Program-made: the position numbers and the translations under genes
In this document: piece by piece, positions 43,665 through 52,450 of the stretch
Layout of the letters: every line of letters starts with the position of its first letter
How positions within the stretch are numbered: the stretch's first letter is position 1
Notes under the pieces: generated by a model
Database searches by the model: none
Told to the model about the DNA's origin: nothing
Seen by the model: only the letters and a program-made list of their open reading frames with translations
Assembly (NCBI GenBank): GCA_964654585.1
Contig: CAZZJR010000004.1
Location: 13,157 to 71,485 of the forward strand
Length of the DNA: 58,329 bases
Source of the DNA: an uncultured Bdellovibrionales bacterium
Lineage (GTDB): Bacteria > Bdellovibrionota_C > UBA2361 > OMII01
Direction: 5' to 3'

Positions 43665-44027
43665 ATGGCTTGCGGAAATATCGAGGTTCGAAAAGGTTCT
43701 GAGTCGGTTTTCGCCACATCGGTTGTTGAAGAACTTCTTGATGGAAACAAGGGGTACGCACACGGCCCAGAGCGGGGACTTCTCTCAGCCCTACTTTTCG
43801 ACGGGGTGCAGGCGTACATCCACTACGCTCTCGCTTCCTCACTCAAGGAGAAGACCCGGTACGTCGAGGCGTTCAACTGGGTCATGGATACAGGGGTTGA
43901 GTACGCATTCTCCTTCAATAACGTGTGCGAGGCGCTCGGGCTAAATCCTGAGTATGTTCGCTTTGGGTTGGCCAACGCTTCAACAAGTCTACTTGCCGAG
44001 GCCGGGAAATCGCGCCGCAACTTCTAG
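43665..44027 (+). CDS. Conserved small hypothetical protein (PExxLL...FSFxxVCEALGL family), paralog A
   Basis: RBS AGGAGG; strong motif similarity to 44876-45166. Confidence 0.8.
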   Translation: MACGNIEVRKGSESVFATSVVEELLDGNKGYAHGPERGLLSALLFDGVQAYIHYALASSLKEKTRYVEAFNWVMDTGVEYAFSFNNVCEALGLNPEYVRFGLANASTSLLAEAGKSRRNF

Positions 44028-44041
44028 TGCGCGGCAGTAGG

Positions 44042-44263
44042 TCACTCCGCATCTTCTGGCTGGTCCGGAGAGGTTACCGCTGGACCAGCCGCGATGCGGT
44101 AGCCCTCGCTAAACCACTTCGAGAGGTCCTGCATCTTGCAATTGTGCGAACAGAACGGACCGTTGGGACCTAGCTCAGCAGGGATCTCCCTGCCGCAGTG
44201 CCGGCATGCTATCAGGCCTCTAGAGCCATCCGCCTTCCGTTTTCCCCTCGCCGATTCAGACAT
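44042..44263 (-). CDS. yacG: DNA gyrase inhibitor YacG
   Basis: CRHC...PFCSHNCKMQDLSKWFSEGYRI zinc-finger motif. Confidence 0.9.
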   Translation of the reverse strand: MSESARGKRKADGSRGLIACRHCGREIPAELGPNGPFCSHNCKMQDLSKWFSEGYRIAAGPAVTSPDQPEDAE

Positions 44264-44304
44264 GTTCGCAACCCACCTGAATTGTGAAGAGCTGCCAAGT
44301 GCAG

Positions 44305-44565
44305 CTATTTATCTCTGAGTCGAAGCTCTCGAATACCAGTAGCGTCCTGGGCGATGAGCTCTAGGTGCTGCAGCGTGCCGCCCTTTCGTAGGTACGAATC
44401 GTCCTCCGGTGTGCCGGGTTCTATAAAGAGTATTCCAGACTCGAAGTGGTACGCCTTAACGCGCCTGATGCGGTCTAGGAGACCCAACTGGAGCTTTTCG
44501 TCTAATTCCGCGAGCAGCTTCTCCCACAATTCAGGGTTGTTTCCTTTAGCCGCGGCATCAGACAT
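44305..44565 (-). CDS. Small hypothetical protein, 86 aa
   Basis: ATG at 44565 after GAGG; typical coding composition; co-oriented with yacG. Confidence 0.72.
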   Translation of the reverse strand: MSDAAAKGNNPELWEKLLAELDEKLQLGLLDRIRRVKAYHFESGILFIEPGTPEDDSYLRKGGTLQHLELIAQDATGIRELRLRDK

Positions 44566-44783
44566 AGCGCACCTCACATTTCGCTAACCGCTCAAGACCC
44601 GTCTAACAACGGGGGCGAGATAGCCCTTTTTGTTACCGGAAGCCCATTCATACAGCTCCAGAACCCTCTGCACCGGCTAAACCGCCCGGTCCGAGGCAAC
44701 ACCCATCCGGCTGAGAGGCGCAAACGCGCCCTCATCTTCTAATTATAGAGCCCTGCAAAGTTTGGGGGGAAGCAGTAAAAACT

Positions 44784-44830
44784 TAAGGGCGCAGAATAAC
44801 GGCTTAAAAAGCCGATACTCTGCGCCCTTA
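44784..44830 (-). terminator. Long imperfect hairpin, probable terminator of the 44876-45166 gene
   Basis: TAAGGGCGCAGA/TCTGCGCCCTTA outer stem plus CGGCTT/AAGCCG inner stem; GTTTTT follows on the minus strand. Confidence 0.6.
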
Positions 44831-44875
44831 CGAGCAAGAAACCCCGCCCTTCGGCCGGGGAATCTCCCGCCGCAT

Positions 44876-45166
44876 TTAGGCAATAGCGTCGGAAGCCGCG
44901 TACTCGCGAGCCTGGGCGTCAGCCTGGCGCGAGATCGCTTTGCGGAGGCTCTCTGAATCGAGATCGAGCGCCTCACAGATGAAACGGAACGACAGCGGAG
45001 CATCCGTTGGCTCGTCGTCTAACAGCCAAGCGCGAGCACCGTCTCGTACCTCGCCTTCGCCCCCGATGAAGTCGTGGATCGCCCTCTGGAGAACCGCTGC
45101 AAGTAATCGCAGCTCAGGAATCGAGCTACCCGGGGTCGGAACATCAGAATTTGACCAGAATTTCAT
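44876..45166 (-). CDS. Conserved small hypothetical protein (PExxLL...LSFxxICEALDL family), paralog B
   Basis: ATG at 45166 with AAGGGA RBS; motif similarity to 43665-44027. Confidence 0.8.
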   Translation of the reverse strand: MKFWSNSDVPTPGSSIPELRLLAAVLQRAIHDFIGGEGEVRDGARAWLLDDEPTDAPLSFRFICEALDLDSESLRKAISRQADAQAREYAASDAIA

Positions 45167-45581
45167 ATTTGATTGTCCCTTCAATAAGTAAGTAAATAAG
45201 TGTCGCTCCCTGCCTGCTGGCGAGCCAGCTCAACAATTCGCAACTTGTGTAACAAAGCGGCTACTTCATCCATGAGCCCAGTCACTCCCTGGAATCCGAT
45301 TCCACGCTACAAGAGTGGAATACAGGAACAGGACAACGAGACGACAGGGCCGAGGCGGCTAGTAACCAAGCGAGCGAACCACCAATCGAACAACAGAGAA
45401 GTTGGGAGACCCAATCATGGAACCCCTTCGTCTCGGTCATCCTGCATTCGGAGGATCCTAAACTCATCGATCGAACTACGATCAATGCTTCAACGTTTCC
45501 TACCGCGCGCGTCGGGCCTAATCAAATAAATGTTGCCATTCAATTGACCGAGCCGCTGCTCATCCGAACTTCTGAGCCCGC

Positions 45582-45606
45582 AAAAAAAGACGCCCGTATA
45601 GGCGTC
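45582..45606 (-). terminator. Orphan intrinsic terminator in a long intergenic region
   Basis: Minus strand GACGCC-TATACG-GGCGTC followed by 7 T; no convincing CDS upstream on that strand. Confidence 0.7.
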
Positions 45607-46165
45607 CCCTTTTTGAGCTCCAACACACGAACCCCGCCAGTGCCGTTACGACCAGAAAGTTTCCTTTATGATCGAACCCTCACCAACACACCGGAGACCG
45701 ATGATTTTATGGGTCCTTCCACTCGCCAAGAGCCGCTTGGGACCCTTCAGCGAGTAACTTTGGATGAAGCAAGCGCGATTTGCTCGCATCGATTTTCAGA
45801 GTTACCCCTGCAAACCGGAGGGCGGAGAATAAGGTGCCGCAGATCCGTTTGTCCAGAAAAAAGTGAGCCGCGCCATAGAAATTACCTTCTCACGGAACAT
45901 TTCCTGGCAAACAGTGCCTCAACTGTTCAATTTCAGAGTTACGGTGGTGTCGGACGGCAGCGTAAGCCCGGTTTGATGCCCGGGGGTAAATGCTTTTTTC
46001 AGCTCTCTTGTGTTGCAAAATGTCCGTAACAGGGTGCTCCCGAGCGGTCCCAGGACGCCTATGTGCCGCATCCGTGCGACGAAAGTAGTTAGGGGTGCGT
46101 GGCGTCGTTGAATATGATCGCGTAGTTACGTATCATCAGACTAGTTTTGTACTGGAGCGATCTCG

Positions 46166-47434
46166 TTGTCACAGGGAGACACCAAAAATACAGGGTTCGG
46201 GAAACTGATTCCGGGGGAGTCGGTTCGGGGTTTATTCCCCTTCTTCAGTGAGGGGCCAGCAGGCTTCTATCTCGATTCTGCCGCGACGACTCAGAAGCCG
46301 CAGGCGGTGTTAGCTGAGCTAACGCGGGTGCTGGTGCACCACAATGCGAACGTCCATCGGGGGGCTTACCGGCTCAGCGCGGAGGCCTCCGAACTCTATG
46401 ATCAGGCCCGCAACAAAGTGGCCCGCATGATCGGTGCCCCTTCCGAGCGTTCGATTGTCTTCGTGCGTGGGGCGACCGAGGCGATTAACCTTGTAGCTTA
46501 CGGGTCCGAGCAGCTCTTTCATCCAGGGGACACGATCCTTCTGACCCTGCTGGAGCACCACAGCAATATCGTTCCGTGGCAGCTCCTCGCAAAGCGTCGC
46601 GGGCTAAAGGTCGCGTTTGCGGATATCACTGATGACGGGCGGCTCGACATCGACGACTTTCGCGACAAGTTAAAGCAGCTCAAGCCGAAACTCGTGGCGG
46701 TAACCCAGCTCGCCAACTCTCTCGGCACCGTAACCCCGATAGAGGAGGTTGTGGCGCTCGCCAAGCAATCAGGAGCGCAGGTGCTGGTCGACGGCGCCCA
46801 GGGTGTGACGCATCTCGGCGTCGACGTACAGGCGCTTGGGTGTGATTACTACGTGTTCTCCGGGCACAAGATGTACGGGCCGACCGGCATTGGGGTGCTC
46901 TACGGCCGGCCGGAAAGACTTGAGGCGATGCAGCCGTTCCAGGGGGGCGGCGACATGATCTCTTACGTCAGTGTTGAGGGCTCAGGCTGGGCAGAGGTGC
47001 CGCAGCGATTCGAAGCTGGCACGCCGGCGTTTCCAGAGGCGATAGCACTGGGCACAGCGGTGGACTTCTTGAGCAGCTTCGATCGCTCCGAGATTCTTTC
47101 GCATGAGTCTGCGCTGGTTGCAGAGGCGGGTGACATGCTCTCGCGCGAGCAGGGGGTAACGCTGCACGGACCTGCGAGTCGTGGTGGCCAGCAGCTCGCT
47201 GTGGTCTCTTTCTCGATAGATTCGGTTCATCCGCACGACTTCGCAACGATTGCCGACACGCACAACATCCAGGTTCGCGCGGGAAACCACTGTGCCATGC
47301 CGACGCTACGACGGCTGGGCTTGCAGGCGACGGTGCGGTTGAGCTTCGGACTGTACTCGTGCCGAGAAGATCTCGCGGCTGTGCAGGCAGCGGTGAGAGA
47401 AGCGCGTGCGCTATTCGCTCGCTCACCGTCGTAG
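46166..47434 (+). CDS. sufS: Cysteine desulfurase, SufS (group II) family
   Basis: YLDSAATTQKP, ANVHRG, LEHHSNIVPW, FSGHKMYGPTGIG, RFEAGTP, VRAGNHCAMP. Confidence 0.92.
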   Translation: MSQGDTKNTGFGKLIPGESVRGLFPFFSEGPAGFYLDSAATTQKPQAVLAELTRVLVHHNANVHRGAYRLSAEASELYDQARNKVARMIGAPSERSIVFVRGATEAINLVAYGSEQLFHPGDTILLTLLEHHSNIVPWQLLAKRRGLKVAFADITDDGRLDIDDFRDKLKQLKPKLVAVTQLANSLGTVTPIEEVVALAKQSGAQVLVDGAQGVTHLGVDVQALGCDYYVFSGHKMYGPTGIGVLYGRPERLEAMQPFQGGGDMISYVSVEGSGWAEVPQRFEAGTPAFPEAIALGTAVDFLSSFDRSEILSHESALVAEAGDMLSREQGVTLHGPASRGGQQLAVVSFSIDSVHPHDFATIADTHNIQVRAGNHCAMPTLRRLGLQATVRLSFGLYSCREDLAAVQAAVREARALFARSPS

Positions 47435-47438
47435 TGTA

Positions 47439-48020
47439 TCACGTCAGACCAGCAGTCTTGTGCCTGATCGTTACAATTGCAAGGAAGTTGTACACGCCGT
47501 GGGCCACCATTGCGGCGGTGAGAGAGCCAGTGACGCAGGCTACTCCCCACAGGTACAGCCCGACTCCGGTGTAGAGAGGAAGCATCCCCCCGAATCGTTT
47601 CAGGTTGCCTATGAAATGCACGTAGGCAAAGAGTGCACTGGAAATTACCGCGGCGAGCCCGGTCCCCACAGACTCTATCAGGACCTGATTGAGGGCGCCG
47701 CGGAAGAGTAGCTCTTCAGCGAAGCCGGAGAGCACAGCAACAGTAAAGGCCAGGGGAGGCGAGATTCGGGCGCACAGCGGAACGATGATTTCTCGGCTAA
47801 AACGGGCAAAGACTGTCTGGGGGTGTTTAAGGCTCCACCGCCAGATGATGTGGTTGAGGAGTAGAAGGGGCACTGCAGCGACAGCCCCGAGCACGATATG
47901 ATTAACAGAGGTGGAAAACGCTGGCGATAAGCCAGTCAGCCAGTAGATGCCGTACGCCACTACGGTAAGGAGCCCCTCCGAGAGCAGGGCCGCGCTGAGA
48001 ATAGCGGATGGAGTCTTCAT
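47439..48020 (-). CDS. CPBP/Abi (CAAX-type) intramembrane metalloprotease
   Basis: FAEELLFRG, FAYVH and HGVYN motifs in a polytopic membrane protein. Confidence 0.88.
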   Translation of the reverse strand: MKTPSAILSAALLSEGLLTVVAYGIYWLTGLSPAFSTSVNHIVLGAVAAVPLLLLNHIIWRWSLKHPQTVFARFSREIIVPLCARISPPLAFTVAVLSGFAEELLFRGALNQVLIESVGTGLAAVISSALFAYVHFIGNLKRFGGMLPLYTGVGLYLWGVACVTGSLTAAMVAHGVYNFLAIVTIRHKTAGLT

Positions 48021-48024
48021 GCGG

Positions 48025-48615
48025 CTAGCGAGCGAGGCGTGGCTTCGGGAGGGAGAGGCACTCGACGAGAGCCACCGCAGCCTGAGTTAGAGCGATGCGA
48101 CGCGCTTCATTGAGCTGCTCGGAGAAGGCAAACTTCGCAGTGAAGGTCGCGTCACCGACACCGGTACACTGCTTCACGACTGAGCCGTCGCGTGAGTGGA
48201 GCGTTGCATTCAGCACCACGTCAGAGTGCGGCCGGCGCACGAAGATGTAGCAGTACCCCGAAACCGTGAGCTCCTGAACTGTGACCTCAAGGTTGAACGC
48301 GACCTGTTCAGCAGGATCCGAGGGCTCAACCATTCGGTACCCTTTTAGCCCCCCCTGTAGCTTCAGTTGGTCGGTCACCTCCCGCGTAATATCCGGCGTG
48401 TATACGCGAGTAACTGGGATGGCGGTCAGATACTGGTAGCCGCGATGCCCGTCCACGGGTGCTACGTTAACGGCCAAGGCGATATTTGCGTCGGCCAGGT
48501 CGCTAAGGCGTGAGACGGCTGGCGGGGTCTCAAGTGGCGCTAAGTGAGCAGGAAAACAGCCGCTTAGCAGCGCTAGGAGAAGGATAGCCAAGAGTTTTTT
48601 ACGTGGTTTGGTCAT
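48025..48615 (-). CDS. Hypothetical lipoprotein, 196 aa
   Basis: ATG at 48615; basic N-region, hydrophobic core and lipobox LSGC. Confidence 0.75.
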   Translation of the reverse strand: MTKPRKKLLAILLLALLSGCFPAHLAPLETPPAVSRLSDLADANIALAVNVAPVDGHRGYQYLTAIPVTRVYTPDITREVTDQLKLQGGLKGYRMVEPSDPAEQVAFNLEVTVQELTVSGYCYIFVRRPHSDVVLNATLHSRDGSVVKQCTGVGDATFTAKFAFSEQLNEARRIALTQAAVALVECLSLPKPRLAR

Positions 48616-48724
48616 CAGATCTGCGCGTCGGCACTTCAATCCCGCGGTTGGTAGCGGTACCATAGACAAAGGTCTTGAATGTCGCCATCCGCTTTGCGCG
48701 CACAGAGTCGTTAGTCTCGGACGT

Positions 48725-50059
48725 ATGAGTGAATCATCTTCAAACAGAAACGATAGGTTAGACCTAGGCCTCTCGGAGCTCCTCTTGAGTGCTGCCGAGC
48801 CTCCGCCGCCAGCGGTGCAGCGAGCTGAGCCGTCCAGCACCGGTTCTCCAGCCGACAACACTGCCGAGTCAGAGCAGAGCCGGTCCCCGTTTGTGAGGCT
48901 GAAGGAAGGCGGGCGTTGGCAGGAGCTGATCGCCATAGCCGAACGCTCGTTGACCGGTCAGAACGGGTCGGAGAGCTCCCTGTGGTGGGTGCGTGGACAC
49001 CTTGGAGCGCTCTCGATGCCGGTGTCGCTGCTCATAGCTCCGTTCGAGCGAGTTGCAAGGGAACTCGCCGCTAAGCCCGTAGTGGATGAGACCCGCAGCG
49101 TTCTTGAGGAGACCGCAGCGCTGATGTTGGAGCGGCTGCAGCAGGTTGGGCAGCGGGAGCAGGTGCTCTCGTTCCAGGCAATGTTGCAAGAACTGAAATT
49201 AGCCACGGTCTCCGGGGAGTTGGGGAAGCACCGACATTCGTGGACGCTCTCCGCGGAGCCATCACGACCTGAGGCAGGGGGGCCGCCTCCGCTCCCTGGG
49301 CAGGTTCCGCAGGCCGCACGGAGGCGTGGTCCGAGGTTGGCAATTGTACTTGTGGGGCTGCTGTTCTTCGTGGGCTCGTGCCTCGCGCTCTGGGAGATCC
49401 GCTCTTCGCTGTTCTCTACCCCAACTGCCCTGGCATTTGAGGGCTTCGTGCGCGAGTCGTCGCTGCCGGAGCAGGAGCAGGCCGCGGTTATTCCGCGCGA
49501 TCCGGTCGGCGACCTCAATGCGCTCTTCTATTCGATTGAGCCGAACACTCCGAACACAAGTGCTGGTAGCCCAGGCCTGTCTAACTCGGCGCAATCCGCG
49601 CAACAAGCCAATGACTCAGCGTCAGGGGGAGGGGTACAGGTTGCCAACTCGGCTCCAGCAGCAACCGGCTCTGCCCCAAAACCAAAGGATCGAGTCGACA
49701 CATCTGGTCCAATCGAGGGCCAGGAGTATCGCAGTGGTGTCGATCGGAGTGGGGCTCGCCCAGGGGTGACGGATCCACAACTGCCTTCGGCAGGGGGGCC
49801 GTCCCGAAAGCAACCGCGTAGCCCGTTCGATCCGCAGTCTGGCGAAACGGTTTACAGGGTCGTTGCAAGGGTAAATGTCGTTGCTACGCCCAGCTACAGG
49901 GGCACGGTTATCGGACGCCTTCAGCCCGGGGATGAGGTCTTAGTTGATGGGCGCTCTGGAGCATGGCTGAAGCTGCGCTCAAGGCGGGGCAATGAAGGGT
50001 TTATTTTGGCCCAAGATGCGGAGGTCGTTGAAGGGAAGAGCGCTGACGACCTTCGATGA
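48725..50059 (+). CDS. Membrane-anchored protein with Pro/Ser-rich linker and C-terminal SH3b-like domain
   Basis: Single TM helix (LAIVLVGLLFFVGSCLALW); C-terminal VNVVATPSYRGTVIGRLQPGDEVLV...WLKL...EGFI SH3b pattern. Confidence 0.72.
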   Translation: MSESSSNRNDRLDLGLSELLLSAAEPPPPAVQRAEPSSTGSPADNTAESEQSRSPFVRLKEGGRWQELIAIAERSLTGQNGSESSLWWVRGHLGALSMPVSLLIAPFERVARELAAKPVVDETRSVLEETAALMLERLQQVGQREQVLSFQAMLQELKLATVSGELGKHRHSWTLSAEPSRPEAGGPPPLPGQVPQAARRRGPRLAIVLVGLLFFVGSCLALWEIRSSLFSTPTALAFEGFVRESSLPEQEQAAVIPRDPVGDLNALFYSIEPNTPNTSAGSPGLSNSAQSAQQANDSASGGGVQVANSAPAATGSAPKPKDRVDTSGPIEGQEYRSGVDRSGARPGVTDPQLPSAGGPSRKQPRSPFDPQSGETVYRVVARVNVVATPSYRGTVIGRLQPGDEVLVDGRSGAWLKLRSRRGNEGFILAQDAEVVEGKSADDLR

Positions 50060-50116
50060 CTGCACCGGTCGAGGGAGTTCCGGCTTCGCGGGCCAAGCAG
50101 TGGAGGATGACCGAGC

Positions 50117-50146
50117 AAAAAAAAGAGACGCCTGCTGGCGTCTCTT
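50117..50146 (-). terminator. Intrinsic terminator after the cold-shock gene
   Basis: AAGAGACGCC-AGCA-GGCGTCTCTT stem with T tract on the minus strand. Confidence 0.88.
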
Positions 50147-50204
50147 GTTACTCGACACGACCGCCGACGGGCAGCCGCGCGAGGCGGTCATCAGAAAACG
50201 GATC

Positions 50205-50516
50205 CTACTCGTCGGAGTCAGCTTCGGCCGACTCAGTCTCGGCCGAGGATTCTGACGAAGCCGTCTCGGCTGCGTCTGCTGCCTCGTCCGCCTTCTTGGT
50301 CCGGAGGACTCTGGAAGCTTGAAGCCCCTTGGGGCCTTCCTTCAGCTCGTACTCGACCGTTTCGCCATCCTTGAGAGTCTTGAAACCCTCGGTAGCAATA
50401 ACTGAGTAGTGCACGAAAACATCTCGGCCGCTTGTGTGCTCGATGAAGCCAAACCCCTTGGCGTCATTGAACCACTTTACAACTCCCTTGAGGATACCGG
50501 ACTCAGACTCAGACAT
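50205..50516 (-). CDS. csp: Cold-shock domain protein with acidic C-terminal tail
   Basis: GVVKWFNDAKGFGFI (RNP1), DVFVHYS (RNP2), GFKTLKDGETVEY, GPKGLQA. Confidence 0.93.
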   Translation of the reverse strand: MSESESGILKGVVKWFNDAKGFGFIEHTSGRDVFVHYSVIATEGFKTLKDGETVEYELKEGPKGLQASRVLRTKKADEAADAAETASSESSAETESAEADSDE

Positions 50517-50989
50517 ACCTACTGACTCCCCGCTAAAAAACGCACGGTGTTAAAAACCTACCACATTCATTTCTGGTTACAATACTGCAGTGAGGCCGGC
50601 ATTTCGCCGTCCCTGAAAGTTGAGATTCAGGAAGGGTGGGTAGAGTTCCAGGTTTTTCTAGTGAGGTCGTTTCGCCCAGCACGGGGCACCCGTTGTGCAC
50701 CGTGAAAATCACGCGAGTAATCTCAAAAAGACTGGAATACTGCAAAGTTACCGTATCAAGCGAGAAAAGGTACCAGCGCCAGCTAAAGCACGAGGACCGA
50801 TTGATAAGCGCCGTACCCAAAAGGTATAGTTAGCCGTCGCGACGGGCTAACTTACGCCCCCAAACGACGAAAAAACGCCACAAAAGGGGAGTGCCGCTGC
50901 ACCGTCCCAGCAAAAAAGTCTCCGCCTCGGCGGGGAAAGAGAGGTGGCGAATCCGCCTGCAGCGCTCAAAAGAGGCAGCTCGAGTCCCC

Positions 50990-52450
50990 ATGGAATCACC
51001 GAATTCAGTTTGTGCAATCGACGTTCTGCCCGAGCCGCTATGCCTACTCGGTGGAGATATGCGTTGCTTGTCGGCAAACGCGGCCTTCGCCACGCTGGTC
51101 GGACGCTCAGTGCCAGAGTTGGTTGGTCAGCCCGCAGCTTTCTTCATTCGCGATTCCGAAGCGCTCCGTTGGGAGACGCGAGAGTTTCGCGCCGAGCTGC
51201 TAGTGGCCGGAGGAACGGCACGAGTAGTTAAGCTCGGCTCCTACGCTGGCAATGCGCTGGCGCTCCGCGTGATAGCCTCCCTATCAGAGGAGCGCTCACC
51301 GCAGGTGTTCCACACTCAGCGCCTTGAGACGCTTGGGCTACTGGCTGGTGGAGTCGCGCACGACTTCAACAATATCTTGACCGGCATGCTCGGGCACGTG
51401 GCGTACCTGCGCCACGTTCTTCCGCAGAAGGGAGAGCACTCTGAGTCGCTGGCTGCAATCGAGGAGGGGGCGCTGCGCGGCTCTTCCCTGACGCAGCAGA
51501 TCCTCAAGTTCTCAAAGCTAGACTCCCAGGAAGCTACCGCGCGCGTCGACGTTGGAGACCTCGTGACCCGTGTGCTCGCGCTTCTCAAGAGCGCCATCCC
51601 GGCTTCGATCTCGGTGCGCTTGACGATTCCAAAAGCTCCCACGGTGGTGATCGCCTCTGAAGCGCAGCTGACCCAGGTAGTCATCAACCTCATCGTGAAT
51701 GCGAGAGACGCGATCAAGGGTGCGGGGGAGATCTCAATCGGCGTCGTGGGAAGAGACAGTCCCGAGCGTGTCCACGCCCTGTTTGGCTCAGAGCCTCCTG
51801 CTCCGGCGTACGGGGCAGTAGTCGTAAAAGACTCTGGCGAGGGCATGGACGAATCGGTGCGGGCGAGGCTTTTTGAGCCCTACTTCACAACCAAGAAAGA
51901 GCGCGGCACAGGGCTTGGGCTCTACACCGTACATTCGATAGTCAAGCAGCTCGCCGGAGCGATCGAGGTGGAATCAGAGCGCGGAAAGGGCACGGAGTTT
52001 CGGGTTGTGCTGCCGGTTGTGCCTGAAGAGCCGCAGTCGGTCGAGGCGCAGCCGAGCGAAGTCGGCGGCCCGGCTCGCGGCCAGGGCGAGCGGATCCTCG
52101 TGGTCGATGACGAGTACGCGGTGCGCAACGTGCTTGGGCTAAGCCTCTCGCACCTGGGCTACACGGTAGAGACGGCAGAGTCTGGCCTTGAAGCGATTGA
52201 GAAGTTCTCCTCTGGCAGCGCGCCATTTGAGTTAGTGATCCTCGATCTCCTGATGCCGGGCCTCTCTGGCGAGGAGGTGTTCTTGCGCTTGAAGGAGATG
52301 CGCCACGATGTGCGCGTCCTGATCGTGAGCGGCTTTAGCTCAGAAGGGACCGTTGAGCGGATCCTTTCAGTCGGCGGAAGAGATTTTATCCAGAAACCGT
52401 TCTCGATAGATGTATTAGCAAGAAAGGTGCGTGGGTGTTTGTGTGATTAA
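50990..52450 (+). CDS. Cytoplasmic hybrid sensor kinase/response regulator (PAS-HisKA-HATPase-REC, CckA-like)
   Basis: LAGGVAHDFNNILT (H box), NLIVNARDA, DSGEGM, FEPYFTTK, GTGLGL, receiver ILVVDDE...LVILDLLMPG...KPF. Confidence 0.92.
   Translation: MESPNSVCAIDVLPEPLCLLGGDMRCLSANAAFATLVGRSVPELVGQPAAFFIRDSEALRWETREFRAELLVAGGTARVVKLGSYAGNALALRVIASLSEERSPQVFHTQRLETLGLLAGGVAHDFNNILTGMLGHVAYLRHVLPQKGEHSESLAAIEEGALRGSSLTQQILKFSKLDSQEATARVDVGDLVTRVLALLKSAIPASISVRLTIPKAPTVVIASEAQLTQVVINLIVNARDAIKGAGEISIGVVGRDSPERVHALFGSEPPAPAYGAVVVKDSGEGMDESVRARLFEPYFTTKKERGTGLGLYTVHSIVKQLAGAIEVESERGKGTEFRVVLPVVPEEPQSVEAQPSEVGGPARGQGERILVVDDEYAVRNVLGLSLSHLGYTVETAESGLEAIEKFSSGSAPFELVILDLLMPGLSGEEVFLRLKEMRHDVRVLIVSGFSSEGTVERILSVGGRDFIQKPFSIDVLARKVRGCLCD

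Noticed and set aside
45900-45935. GGCAAAC suggestive of a c-di-GMP-I (GEMM) riboswitch
   Set aside because: The GNRA-capped P2 and the GACGCAAAG/GGxCUAA elements are absent.
45544-46029. 161-aa ORF in the long intergenic region (also 45200-45529)
   Set aside because: Non-ATG start without RBS, atypical codon and amino-acid composition, and it runs through the terminator hairpin.
47275-47298. SufS active-site loop RAGNHCA instead of the usual RxGHHCA
   Set aside because: A single substitution; the catalytic Cys and PLP Lys are retained, so it is not evidence of a new function.
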